Numbered from the whole stretch's first letter, positions 12,709 through 26,568 are shown. The stretch is DNA of 63,266 nt, filler included, from Octopus bimaculoides (GCF_001194135.2; 4 parts of 4 records of this genome joined end to end with filler, not necessarily neighbours in it), one strand, 5' to 3'. Notes: generated by a model not told the origin, from the letters alone. Numbers and translations are program-made.

Positions 12709-14535
12709 CATGTATGTACATATGCACAAAAGAAAAGGCTTATAGGCTCCTGCGATGCGTGCAAACAATATATAACCTATTTTTGTATTTTTGTCTACAG
12801 CAAAAAATATCAAATTAGATTTCTTGTTATGTTTAACCAAGTTTTATGATAAGCTATAGTTATGTAAACAGGCTTAGATATCGTAGATGTAAACAGAACA
12901 AAAACTCGACGCTTACCTGGAAAATGTTGCCTTTTGATAACTTTCACTAATTAACAAAAAATTGCAAAACATACGTTTCTTCAAGTGATTACGCTAAGAA
13001 AGAAAAAAACTTAACGCAAAATTTGAAATTTTCTCCAAATTTTTCGTGAGCATGTGGTGTCTTCGAGAATTCTATGTATGATATTTAGTCCTCGTGTACT
13101 ACACCACGAAGACTTGGAACGAACATAGATTTCAATGTGATATAGTGATAATTTTATAAAATGTTTCACTCAGAAGTCGCTTCAATTTCAGTTTATTTCG
13201 ATCTATTTGCAGTTTTCTTAGAAATTGTTTAGGAGCGTTTATCCTCAGGATGCCATATTGAATGTATGTAAGTAGGTCATTATTCCGTTTTATTTCAAGA
13301 TTTCTTGCCAATAGAGAAAGATCCATTTTCTAACCTAGGTCCAAGGCTCCTTCATTGGAATTTCAACAACATCAACATGGTATTTTTTGTATGTATGTAT
13401 GTATATGTACAGATTTTTATATTTTGTTTTATGTATGTACTCTCTTGCATTGCATTCCCTATCTAGACATGCTCATACATACATACTAAGTATGTTTGCA
13501 TGTATGTATGTATGTATGTATGTATGTATTTGACTTTATGTAATTCAATTAACGAACTTGTATATAGCAATTCAAACTACGAATATTTACATTTAAGGAA
13601 AAAAAGTCAGATCTGATTAGTTGAGGCGTCGCTGCTCTCCACGTTTAAGTAGGGAAAAGTTGTTGCAGTCTGATCCAATTAAAACAGCGGAATAAAACAC
13701 GATCACTACTCACAAGCTCTGTACATTCTAAGATTCAAAACGATCTTAATATTCGACGCATATGACAACACATTAGTTTATCGTGCGATATCTTTCCCTG
13801 TTCAGGGCACGTTGTATTCTGATCATAAAAATCGACGCATTAACGAGTTCACATTATTATTCTCGTTGATACAACAACGAACAGCTCACATTCATATCTT
13901 CCTTTATTTCAGTACGTTTGGCATCAGCACGTTTCGCTCGTTTAAGCAAGTAAATACATGTAATTAAAGCAAATTAATTAACTTATTTGCTCTTCGATGT
14001 ATATTTTATTTACAGGGTGTGTTTCAGTTTCGTTTATGGACAGTGAATACATAACAACAAATAGCAATTTGCTCTCATGCCTGTCACTACATATTCTCTT
14101 CTCTACAAGAACGGAACAAATGTTTTCTAGACTGATCATCACAAGAAATCCATTTTATCTGCCAAGAAATTTTCACAGTTTTCACAAATTGTTGAATAAC
14201 ACTTAATCTAGTTGCTGCACATGAATTTTGGAGCAAGACAGAAATCGAAGCTTGCCGGTAAACACAGCCTTTTGAATATAGAGAAGACAACGTAATTGTA
14301 AAGAGGAAATAAATTGTTTCTCTCATATATATCTCCAGTAATTTGAAGCGATAAATATTTGAAATAAAAGATGTATAACGTTAGTATATATTCCCGTATA
14401 CTGTTGTAGCTTGGTTTCATTGAACATATCTGTTTCTTACTATTTACAATGGACGCAGCATTGCAGGATGCTGGTAAACGCTCCACAGGCTGCAGGTTAT
14501 ATAAACATATATATATTGTATTTATAAATAGTACA

Positions 14536-14743
14536 CGAAGGGGTACTGGAAAGTTCCTGGCTTTGGGTAAAAAAAAATGCATGATGATTTATGATTTTAT
14601 TCAAGATATTCCTCTCACAGATTCACACAATTATTGCAGCGATCCTTCAGATTTTCTAAGACCTTAAAAAAGGTCGGAATGTCGGGCCTCCAACCAGACC
14701 TTTCGCAACACCCTTAAGCCTAGGAACTTTTCAGCATCCTTCG
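14536..14743. mobile_element. Tc1/mariner-derived MITE (~208 bp)
   Basis: Imperfect terminal inverted repeats CGAAGGGGTACTGGAAAGTTCCTGGCTT / AAGCCTAGGAACTTTTCAGCATCCTTCG; the right end is followed by TA. Confidence 0.75.
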
Positions 14744-15029
14744 TATATATACGTGTGTTCGTGCGTGCGTATGTATCTGTGCGTGTGTGCGTGGTGGACT
14801 ATCGGTAGCTTCCTATCTATCGCCGTGTATCTTGACGGAGCTCTTTCTGTAACTCATTCTAACTCCTGTGGACCCAAGATTTCAGTTCTTCCCTCATAAT
14901 TTTCCTTCGATATACCAATGAATTTGCTCTCAGAATGTAAAGACAGAGGAAATGATGCTAAGCTCTTAGCCTGGCATTCTGTCGGTTCTGCCAATGTGCC
15001 ACCTTAATAACAATATTAATAATAACAAG

Positions 15030-15250
15030 AGCACTCAGAGAGCGCAAGCCTCCGCCAAGGAAACACCAACATCCTCTCAGCGATTGGCCAGAGATGATTT
15101 TTAAAATGAGAATATCTGAAATAAACTCGACTGCTCTCACAAACGAGAATACTAAAAACGAACTCGACCGCTCTCAAAAATGAAATAATCCAGAATCTCG
15201 GAAAATAATCCAGAATCCTTTTCGGTATCAGATCGATCCCAAAATCTATA
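15030..15250 (+). repeat. Unclassified interspersed repeat, possibly non-autonomous Helitron-like
   Basis: Starts ACAAGAGCACTCAGAGAGCGC and has internal duplications AACTCGAC(T/C)GCTCTCA x2 and AAATAATCCAGAATC x2. The class assignment is from recollection only. Confidence 0.3.
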
Positions 15251-15746
15251 AATATGGCTATCTATAAATATATCTATTTAGCGTAAACATTCTTAAAACG
15301 ACATTAATTCAATTGAAACAGAAATTAAATAGCCATTTCAATCAAACGCTCTCACAGGAAATCATACATTGATATATGTAGGCACATACTGACATGCGTA
15401 GGAAAGAGGAGAGAAAATTCAATGATTTTTACCTGTATTCGGAAATCTCTGAAGAATAACAGAGAGTAATCATCGCCAGGGTAACGAAGACAGCTGCCCT
15501 TAGGACTGGATAATATCTCTCCATATCACCTATTTTTTTCAGCTGACCTTTAATAATAGAAAGAAACAAAAAATAATAATAATTAGACTATAAAGAAAAA
15601 AAAAACGAGATGTTTTGGGAGGCAGAAACACGTGTCCATAGCTGACTTTTGGCTTTCAATGGAAAATAAATTGCCTGTTTCTACTCGCAAGAGAATTTAT
15701 TTAGAATTATGTTTTAAATTTTTTGGCGTTATTTCTTCTCATTCAG

Positions 15747-15776
15747 GGCGGCGAGCTGGCAGAAACGTTAGCACGC
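15747..15776 (+). mobile_element. SINE family B 5' fragment
   Basis: GGCGGCGAGCTGGCAGAAACGTTAGCACGC. Confidence 0.7.
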
Positions 15777-15879
15777 ACGTGTGTTTATGTCTATGAAACA
15801 TTGATTAGTGCCGATCTAATTAAAAACAAACAAACAATTAATATGAATACGTTTATACATAATCATACATAACACACAA

Positions 15880-15991
15880 ACTCATATATACATTATATAC
15901 ATTTGATGGATATTTGTCTTCATCTTGTTTGTTGTTAACACAACGTTTCGGCTGATATACCTTCCAAGCCTTCATGAGGTGTCTTGGGGAA

Positions 15992-15992
<1 letters not shown>
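15880..15992 (-). ncRNA. Hammerhead-containing short repeat, family 1 (core mutated CUGA>CUCA)
   Basis: Reverse strand: AAGACAC-CTCATGA-A-GGCTTGGAAGGTATATCAGCC-GAAA-CGTT-GTGTT; homologous to 25376 and 42668. Confidence 0.7.
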
Positions 15993-16035
<43 letters not shown>

Positions 16036-17026
16036 GTTTCGGGTTTCGGACATTTCCATCTACCAACTTTAACAGCTAATTTATTAGTCAAACCGAGGCT
16101 GTTGAAGTATACATATGTTCAAGATTCTCTCGTGAGATCGAATCTAGAACGATGTGATTGTGAAGTGAACATCATGGCTGCACACTTAAGCATACACATA
16201 TTTGTAATATGCTATTGTTATTTTGACGTTTAGCGGAAATTAGAAAAGAGACTGCATCCATTTTATATTTTCTAGTTTTATGGCTACGAAATTTGTATTT
16301 GTCAAAGTTAACAGTAGGAAAGTTTTCGTTTAACGTATTGTAATATCTGTTAAATGAATCTTTGTGGTCACTGACCTCCAATTAATATAGTAGGAAGGGT
16401 CGAATAATAAGAAGATATGCAAAAGTAATCCAGTTTCGATTTTTAGCTGAAATCAAGTTATTACATTTATACTACTATTGTAAAAATACCCCTCCCCACA
16501 AAAAAAAAAAAGAACGTCAGATTTTTATTTCGTAATCATACGAAACTAATTACGTTCTTCCATAATTCCATTCATTGGATTATTGAAAGGTTTAATCAAA
16601 GCAATTTAAAGAAAAATATGATGTTGGAAACATTGATTTATCACTAAAGAGCCAGACCTCGAATTTATACGATAGTAGAATATTGGAATATTGACCATCT
16701 AAAACACACTGGAATGTCTCTCTCAGTTATGAACAAAAGAGTAAGTTAAGTCAACTAGACTTGTGTCAAATTAAGAAATAATCGTTGACCATCCGAGAGT
16801 CGGAAACTACTGAACCGCTTGTGTAAAGGAAAAGAAGCTGATGACCCGGTGGCTCATATTTTATTAACGCTGCTGCGCCGTGATTAATAGCAGAAAAAAT
16901 TAGCTTACAAACAACCCAGAAACCCGAGTTCATATGTAAAAAATAGTGGGGAGATATTTAAGTCCTTCAATGTTTATGAATCTAATTGTATTCTAAACAA
17001 ATATAGTTATATAGTTTAATACAGTT

Positions 17027-17407
17027 GTTGGCACTCCGTCGCTTACGACGTCGAGGGTTCCAGTTGATCCGATCAACAGAACAGCCTGCTCGTGAAATTA
17101 ACGTGCAAGTGGCTGAGCACTCCACAGACACGTGTACCCTTGACGTAGTTCTCGGGGATATTCAGCGTGACACAGTGTGACAAGGCTGACTCTTTGAATT
17201 ACAGGCACAACAGAAACAGGAAGTAAGAGTGAGAGAAAGTTGTGGTGAAAGAGTAGAGCAGGGTTCGCCACCATCCCCTGCCGGAGCCTCGTGGAGCTTT
17301 AGGTGTTTTCGCTCAATAAACACTCACAACGCCCGGTCTGGGAATCGAAACCGCGATCCTATGACCGCGAGTCCGCTGCCCTAATCACTGGGCCATTGCG
17401 CCTCCAC
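17027..17407 (-). mobile_element. Full-length tRNA-derived SINE family A with 10-bp TSD
   Basis: Head GTGGAGGCGCAATGGCCCAGTGATTAGG...GGTTTCGATTCC (A/B boxes) and a CAA-type tail. TSD TAATACAGTT at 17017-17026 and 17408-17417. Confidence 0.93.
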
Positions 17408-18326
17408 TAATACAGTTATATAGGTTTGTATAAGAAGTAAAAACGCCAAAAGTAAGAACATACAATGTTTCACTTAGAGAATGTATGTAAAACTCTCAAA
17501 GCTACAATGCTGAAAGACAGATTCAGAAACGTGTCTGTAGAAATGTGGAATGTTCATTTAATTCTTAAATAAGCATCATTTGGAAAAAAACAACACCACC
17601 ATCGCATCCCACTTCATTCTTTACTTTATATAAGCAATCTTTATTGATCTCTCATATTGGATTGAGGAATATTTTTGCAGCCTTCATTTATCAATGAATA
17701 ATCATTATCGATATACACATAAAAATATCAAAGTTATAGGTAGCAGGGAACACGACCAAAATGTTATTGATTTATTCTTGTTTGTTGACCTTTAATTCTC
17801 CCAAACCCCAAACTGCATTGATTTTGAGACGAAGGGAAATAAATGTATTATAGAACTTAGTAAGGCAACCGAATAGCGGCCCTTTGTAATGAAGGCCAAA
17901 CGAAACGTAGTGCACAGTGCGTTTGATCAAATCAGCGCATTGATTCTGACATCAGCGACAACACCAGGAAGAAAAAGAAGAAGAAGGAAATGGAACAAAA
18001 ATCATGAGAGCCAGAAGCATAAGAAGAAAAATAATAAGCAAGAATAAGAACAAAAACAAAATCAACAAGAACAACAAAAACATCTTCATCATAAACAAAA
18101 AGACAACAAGGAGAAAAAGAAGAAGAAGAAGAAGAAGAAGAAGAAGAAGAAAGAGAAGGAAAAGGAGAAAGAGGAGGAAGAGGAAGAGCTGATTTATGTG
18201 CGTGTGAATGAATTAGTTTAATTCTACCGGAAATTGTCTGAGAAAGAACAATTTCCCAAAAGAGACTCATGCCAATAGGAACATTACTGCTTTGTTAACT
18301 ACTTCATACAAATCTCATTCTTTCTC

Positions 18327-18358
<32 letters not shown>

Positions 18359-18429
18359 AACTCTTTGTATCCTTCTCTGTCTTTTCACTCTTTTCGATTT
18401 TTCTATCCTTTTTTGTTTCTCTGCCTCAT

Positions 18430-18477
<48 letters not shown>

Positions 18478-19947
18478 CATCCTTTAATTCTTATACATGG
18501 AGACTTGTATGGACAGAGACACGCAATACAACTTGCCAGAAGACCAAAAGCAGTGAGAAAAAAAGAAATGTGCATAATATAGCGAGTGTTGGCACCAGGT
18601 TCGATCGTTGATAAGGTTGGGGATGAGCCAATGTGTTGTCTGTTGGAACTAGTTGGGTGTGGGGTAGGAAAAGAAGTTGGACCACATGGGACAGAAATTG
18701 AATTTGATTTCACGTGTTAATGAGGGAGAGGTGCACTGCGCAGTCACTCGAACTGGGGTGAAACAAGTAAAGAGAGCCACAACAATAACAACAACAATAG
18801 CAATTACAAAATCAACCCAGTGTTAATGTATAGTCCATCACTTTATATAGCGTGGGTATCACTGAGCAATGATCGAGGTTGAAAGCATTTGAACAAACGA
18901 TATCGACAGCACTTCTGCCCTTTATTCCTTGTCCGCTCCACCACCAACAGCTTTTTCTTCCCTCCCCATCAACAATTCTATCACGTTACTTCTCTAACAC
19001 ACCGACTTAAGTCACTTCCGACTCCTCCTGTAGAACTCATCCGCTTCCCACTTTCCCGAGCACTCCATAATTTATTTTAAAAAAAAGCCGGAACTTAAGC
19101 ACCTTATTAGTCAGTAGGCTCTCTACACACTCACATAGGACTCCTTATTTGCTTTTGCTCCTGGAAACAAATAAAGGGTCCAGTGAGGCGTCATTCCGAA
19201 TCTTCTCTCTGTACACACACACATACACAATCATATTTCACCCGTTTGTGTGCATTTGTACATGGAAAGAAAATCCACTGCAAAAGTTATCTCAAGAGAA
19301 GAAATTTACTTATAGACAATATAGTTACAAACACACCACTTGGCCATGATGGCATGCATTTCTGCGTCCCTATGCTTAATTAGTGACGTATACCGAGCAT
19401 GTTAGATATACTCTCTACTAAAGAGCATCAACGTTTCTGTTTTCAAAATAGCATATCATAATTAAATTGGCACCCAGTTTAATCGCGATATACTATTAAC
19501 GAGCGATGGTTTTGCATTCAAAATGTTGACATTGATATTTAGTTCCGCCGTCAATTCCAAGTCTTTCCGAAATCAATTAGTAAGATAAGTGGATGTAAGT
19601 ATTTCCAATGTATTAAATCGAACCATGAGCACATATTCATTTTCTGGGAAACCAACTGATGGCCTGTGATGCTCAATACTTTCTCATTTCAGAAAAAAAC
19701 TGGAAAAATTAGACAAAGTCAAGAAATGATTTAATAAGGAACGATTATAGCGTTCCGTTATTCGATCCGATTAGTTTTATATTCGAACACTTTTTTGGTT
19801 TAATTGGATTGGATTAATATCGAATAAATAAAGAATGTTCGATGCGTATTATCGATATCAATTGAAAGAAACAGATGCATGAGATTTCCTTCGTCGGTAG
19901 CAAGTGCAATGTATTACATCTCTATAAAGAATGTTGTTTGACATTAA

Positions 19948-20225
<278 letters not shown>

Positions 20226-20243
20226 ACAAGACTGTCTGTGCGC

Positions 20244-20279
<36 letters not shown>

Positions 20280-20384
20280 GTATACATACATAGATATATT
20301 CATAGATACATACACACATATTTATATGCATTTATATATGTATATATAATTGCATGTACATACATAGATACACACATACAGACA

Positions 20385-20525
20385 CACACGTACATACGAC
20401 GGGTTTCTTCAGTTTTTCGTCTGCCAAATACACACACAAGGCTCTAGTAGAAGGCACTTGCGCAAGATGCCATACAGTGTGACTGAACCCGGGATCAAGT
20501 GACTGTGAATCAACATTCTTACCAC

Positions 20526-20527
<2 letters not shown>
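20385..20527 (-). mobile_element. SINE family C fragment, internally deleted
   Basis: CGACGGGTTTCTTCAGTTT...AGTAGAAGGCACTTGCGCAAG...GACTGAACC...TTACCACACAG aligns to 61360-61510. Confidence 0.7.
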
Positions 20528-20591
<64 letters not shown>

Positions 20592-21042
20592 TATAGAACG
20601 GACGACAATGAAAACATACGGACAGTTGGACGATACAATGACTGTCAGAAAACCAGGACGGAACATTCGTAGCCTTCTATTCATTAGTCGAGCTTCCAGT
20701 AGTCACTACAGTTTCGGCCTGTTACACTTGAGACTGTTCAAAATTGCTAGGCCCGAGAAGCGTAAAAGCTACGTGCTAAATATACAGTTTAGTAGATGTT
20801 TATTAAAATAACTCTTGCCAGACTGGACATGTTTCGTTCAATTTAGAATACGTCGGAATGTATTACAGTGAAGAAAAGGTTTGGACACATGCATCTTGGC
20901 AATCAAGTTTGGTTAAAGAAAGGATTGGTCTGTCAATGGATTACTCAATAAACATTCAATTATTCGCAAGCGTTTGTATGAGCAAAGAGAACAGAAGTAT
21001 TCAGGGTGGAGGAAACTGCTTGACATCTAAGCATGAAGAGGA

Positions 21043-21086
<44 letters not shown>

Positions 21087-22041
21087 GGAAAAGAAAGGGG
21101 AGAGAGAGGGTGAGGGAGAGAGTGAGAGACAATGAGAGAGAGAGAGTCATGAAAGTTTTGTTCGTGATTAAATACATAGAAAAACCTCCATCCATCCATG
21201 TTCTCGGCCCACTGTACCCGAGAGACACGTGGGGTAGACTTCCCCATATATATATATATATATATANNNNNNNNNNNNNNNNNNNNNNNNNNNNNNNNNN
21301 NNNNNNNNNNNNNNNNNNNNNNNNNNNNNNNNNNNNNNNNNNNNNNNNNNNNNNNNNNNNNNNNNNNNNNNNNNNNNNNNNNNNNNNNNNNNNNNNNNNN
21401 NNNNNNNNNNNNNNNNNNNNNNNNNNNNNNNNNNNNNNNNNNNNNNNNNNNNNNNNNNNNNNNNNNNNNNNNNNNNNNNNNNNNNNNNNNNNNNNNNNNN
21501 NNNNNNNNNNNNNNNNNNNNNNNNNNNNNNNNNNNNNNNNNNNNNNNNNNNNNNNNNNNNNNNNNNNNNNNNNNNNNNNNNNNNNNNNNNNNNNNNNNNN
21601 NNNNNNNNNNNNNNNNNNNNNNNNNNNNNNNNNNNNNNNNNNNNACCTTATCAGATAAAACTGGCCAAGAAATAATGGCAACTAAACTGATTTAACATTG
21701 ATAAATGTTGCAAGTTCATGAGAAGCATGGCTTCTGTATTTTGCCAGAATTTGCATACATGTCATGAACATACTATACTAGTCGTTCAGATATGGGTTAG
21801 ATTACCAGAGTGGTGCCATCAAAATCTAGATAATTTGCTAGCAATAATCACAAACGTTAATACAAGATCCCCATGAACAAATATATGGTTTAAAAATGTT
21901 GAGGCAGAAGATAATCTGTCTAGTGAATGGATGATAATCTAGTGATGGACAGTAAAGATTATTCTGCTGATAAAAGGAAACTCTATGTCTGCCATGTTAA
22001 TTCGCTTGATACTGAGTATCAAAGTATATAACAAGTAACGC

Positions 22042-22101
22042 TAACGTCTGCCTTAACGTCTGCTTTAACGTCTGCTTTAACGTCTGCTTTAACGTCTGCT
22101 T
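22042..22101. repeat. 12-bp minisatellite (TAACGTCTGCTT) x5
   Basis: Five adjacent copies; the first has one mismatch. Confidence 0.95.
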
Positions 22102-23421
22102 TTTTTAATGTCATCATAATATTAGCTTCTTATGCGATATGATATCATAGCAAAAAAAAAAACAAAAAAAAAAACAGAGTCCATAAAAATGAAAAAAAGC
22201 ACCTTAGAACAGAAAACAAATAGGAATAATTATGTTCAAAGTCATTTATGGAGAAGAAAGACCGAGTATCGGTGTTATTGAATGTATATGATAATTAGTA
22301 GTCGAGAAAACAAAGGACAGATTACAAACAATGAGAATGAAATCATAAAAGAACAGTTATCTTTGTATCAATCAGAAAATAAAAGAAAAATACTAACAAA
22401 GAGAAATGTCTGTACTATGGTTTGTCAATTAGCTGTACAACTAATGTAAATATGACATCAAACGCCAACAAGAAAGCCAACTCTGTGCGTACATAATTCA
22501 CGATATGCATCTAATTCAGTGTTAACTTCTAAGCTCATAATCATTGATGGATTTCGATGTGCAACGATATTAAGAGACATTTAAATTATAAACGGGGTCT
22601 CCAATGAAACAAAGTCGATTAACTTCTCTGTGTGGCCATTGCAGTGCATTCATGACAAGAGAAATAAATGGTAAAGAAAAAAACGGAAATTGAACAAATT
22701 CGTTTCTGCTGTCTGTCGTCTAATGAAATTTAATATGAGATTTGCCCTCATGCTGAAGTGAATTCTTATCTACAGACATTGATACAATATGCAATGGGAT
22801 ACAAGGACAACTGATACAATTGTGATTACAAGCATCAACACACTCATATATACTCATAAAAGCGAGCAAAAATCTCATATGATTCACATACTCCTACACA
22901 CACAATACACCCGCATAACCATAACATACATACACACATATGAACGTTTATGTATGAAACCTAACTTATGATACTTTGTTCAGTGTTAGATCAAGGAGCT
23001 TGAGAAAATAATCCCAGTAGCAGCAGCAGCAGCAGCAGGCCATAAGCATAAGGGTTTCGTCTGCTGGATTTTAACGATGTGCCTATTGCCGATCCAATTA
23101 ATTCTCAAATATTCATCACCCTTTAGCTAGGGGGTCATTCACTAATATTGTTAACTCAATTAAACAGCAGGACTCCAAGCGTGTGTCATTGATATTAATC
23201 TTGGAGTGCAGAAGAACAGGAACCTTTCCAAAACTGTATGACCTTTGCCAAGGTTAAAAACTGTAACATAAATTAAACGAAATAACTTCACTCGGGATGT
23301 CTCAACAAAAAGGTACCGCCTGAAGTGCATCATTTAAAGTCAGCAATTAATTATAATTATCTGAATCAAATGTAGCCTCATAGCAATAGGTAATGATCTC
23401 ACTATCTCTGTTTAACTCCCC

Positions 23422-23453
<32 letters not shown>

Positions 23454-25181
23454 ACCTCTCTCTCTCTCTCTCTCCCTCAACCTCTCTCTCTTCAGACAAG
23501 AAGGCAAAAACAATAATTATAAATGACGGTAATCTGAGTGAGCTTGCATAATTTATGAGATTGATATTCTTAATGGTTTTATTTCAATTAATCTCATTTG
23601 CATACTTCCATTTTGATATCAAATTTATTCAATAACATTATCAATGTTAAGTTTCCGATAGCCATCTCTAAGAAAAAGATGGAGCGGATGTTTTGCTGTT
23701 CTTACTGAGTTGGAGCGTCGGAATACTGGAGAAAATAGACTAGAGACAAACTGAATCTGATCCAATATATTATTAGTATTGCTATTAGGGATTTCAGCAT
23801 CCAATCGACTAAAGCATCTTAAAACATCGGATTTGTTCTTAATAATAATATTGAATAAAGCATGTGTGTCTTCCGTACTGGACGAAGTTATGACAAGCAA
23901 GATATTTTCTTCATCATATTTGGTGGGATTAGAAATTTGAATTTGAAATTAAGAAATTATAAGGAAAAAGATGTATAAAATCCAAATATTTAATGTTTTT
24001 GTTTACTTTTTTCGAAGTTCTTAAAAATTCCCATCAGTGGTAATCATGTACAGGACTGTTTTATTCTTTTTCGAAATCGCCATCATGATACAACTTGTAA
24101 ATTATTATGATGGAATTATTTTGTTATTGTTCTGGATGTTGTTCTTTAACTCCACAACCATGATCGAGAAGATCAAACTCGTTCCAGGCATAGCCTTCAT
24201 CTTTTTTCCAAGGACCATGTGTAGGACTATATTATCTAATGTGTCTGTGTTGTTCGAGATAAACTTGTTTCATTTTGAGTGAAAGCGCACAGACTCCATA
24301 ATGTGTGTTTCTGAAATGAGGATGCTTACTTGCACGCGCACGCACACACACACACACACACACACATGTGCATGCATGTGTGAATATACTCGTGTATGTG
24401 TGTGCGTGTGTGTGTGTGTGTGTGTGCGTGTGCACATGCAGTGTGCAAAACTTGTTCGTTTATTTGAGTTAACCATGTTTACATCTACAGTGTTCCGTAA
24501 CTAAATCCATTCATTCATTAGAAATCTATTGATAATAACATTAGAATCAGAAACCAACTCCTTTCCAAACGATCTCATCTTCTGTTCATACGTTCATTAT
24601 GTTTAGTTCAACAATTGTATTTCCCCCGCCCCGCTCAACACCACGCAAAATCACAGATCCTGCAGCATTTCCTGCTTATTTTCTGCCCCACTTGTATATT
24701 TTGAAACATATGGAAGAAACGTCTTTAAGCCCGATTCACTACACAATACCAGCTTCTTTCATATCCATTATCCTTGATAGTTGTAACAATAACGTTGATT
24801 TCATTATTTATTTCAAGCTCGAAAATTCTTGTTGCGTTCACCAAAATGAGACAGCGGACACGAGGTTATTGATTCTAGAAACAATGGCAGCATCTCTCTT
24901 CTGTAGACAATTTCCTTTTAGATTTCATATCTTTTGTTTGGCCTTTCTGTTAATAGCACACCCCACCATCAGACACCTAAAATACCATAGGGATATACAT
25001 GAATTAATTGATAAGTCAAGTAGCTTGGAATCGGTATTAAAACTTTGGTTTCTGGGAAATCTTAGCTTTTCTCTGAGTATCCTCAATCAAACTTGTCACA
25101 GACTGACAAGTTTCGGAAAAACATACATCACCGAATAAGCTTGATAAGATGTGCTTACATATGGAACATGTACGTATGTAT

Positions 25182-25281
25182 NNNNNNNNNNNNNNNNNNN
25201 NNNNNNNNNNNNNNNNNNNNNNNNNTTAATTAATTAANNNNNNNNNNNNNNNNNNNNNNNNNNNNNNNNNNNNNNNNNNNN
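25182..25281. other. Artificial scaffold linker (44 N + TTAATTAATTAA + 44 N); also at 47461-47560 and 57250-57349
   Basis: Identical 100-bp construct three times, with stops in all six frames. Confidence 0.95.
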
Positions 25282-25315
25282 AAGAGTGCGGGCTACTAAC
25301 CCCAAGAATCTGAGT

Positions 25316-25317
<2 letters not shown>

Positions 25318-25374
<57 letters not shown>
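25318..25374. repeat. (AAT)n microsatellite
   Basis: Direct tandem repeat immediately upstream of the hammerhead family 1 copy. Confidence 0.95.
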
Positions 25375-25375
25375 T

Positions 25376-25538
25376 ACTTTAGGAATGAGAACCCAGGTTC
25401 GAAATTTCCCCAAGACACCTGATGAAAGCTGGAGGGTATATCAGCCGAAACGTTGTGTTAGCAACAAACAAGATGAGGACAAATATTCGACAAATGTTTA
25501 CAATGTACATAATTCCTCATCTCTTAAAATAGAACTGA
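25376..25538 (+). ncRNA. Hammerhead-containing short repeat, family 1 (retrozyme/PLE-like)
   Basis: GACAC-CTGATGA(25419-25425)-A-AGCTG...CAGCC-GAAA(25447-25450)-CGTT-GTGTT. Both catalytic boxes are intact, helix III has the ACGT palindrome, and the first helix II pair is an A.C mismatch. Confidence 0.75.
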
Positions 25539-26461
25539 AGTATATATATGTATAGTGTTTGGATAGTCTTGTTGAACGTGTACAATCAGTGATGTGCACA
25601 CAAGGGCGAAACAGCTTAGTCGGAACACATAATATATTGGACCAGTAGCAGCCTATTTCTCCAGTAGCCATCTTGATACCCGTGTTTCTCTATTCGGTGA
25701 TTTAAGTGGCTATTTGAAGATAAAATTAATTTGATACAATTCGGTTGATTAAAAGAGTACAACATATGTGAAAGACAAAAGAATATTAATTGAAGTTCAT
25801 GTTAAGAAATAGAAATTAAACTGAATTGAAATGGTTTATTATTGGGAAGAGTCTATGAATTAGAGGAATGTTTTTAAATGATTCACGATATCATCTGTTT
25901 GGTCGCGAATGGCGTCGATTACTTGAGAAAAAAAACAGAAAGTCTGCACACTCAAATATGAAAAATGAATTATTCTAATAAATGTAATACATGCATTAAA
26001 CATATACGAGCACACACGCGTACCTACACGCGTGGGTGTACACACACATACACATCCTTATTAAAATAATCCATTTTCCACTTTTGTCTGTGCAGACGTT
26101 CCGTTTCGTTTCTTCAATAACTGACGCCATTTCCGTTCAAACCGATGATATTGAGCAGCATTTAAAATATTCTTTTTAATATGCAGACACTTCTAAATAA
26201 TACACCATTTCAACACAGTTTCATTTGGGTTTTCCAGAATTATCTTCAATTAATACTGTTTTGTTTTACAGCTATATTTTTTTGTGTATAACCGAATGAT
26301 TTATCGTCAAATGGCTACTTAAATAGTAACTAGCATAAAAAACTAGCTTAAATGATATATGAAATGCATAGCTGTAAAAGATTTACATATCATATCATTC
26401 AGCATCTTTTTATTCTATAAGTAAATTCTACAGCACAATTTTGTTTTCTTTGTTTGTCATT

Positions 26462-26567
<106 letters not shown>

Positions 26568-26568
26568 C

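Noticed and set aside
13132-13326. 64-aa minus ORF
   Set aside because: Overlaps repeat-like sequence and a TACA-type tract; no splice or domain support.
17330-17407. tRNA-like A/B-box sequence (also in the other SINE heads)
   Set aside because: No complete cloverleaf, and it continues into SINE body and tail with TSDs, so these are not tRNA genes.
17932-18270. Lys/Arg/Asn-rich and antisense hydrophobic ORFs
   Set aside because: Products of degenerate (AAG/AAC)n trinucleotide repeats.
25085-25135. Minus-strand GAAAC-hairpin-GUU resembling hammerhead helix III
   Set aside because: The upstream box reads GTGATGT with no helix II or helix I; treated as a simple hairpin.
26085-26125. Minus-strand TTGAAGA-AAC-GAAAC...GTC
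   Set aside because: No helix II and a non-canonical core.
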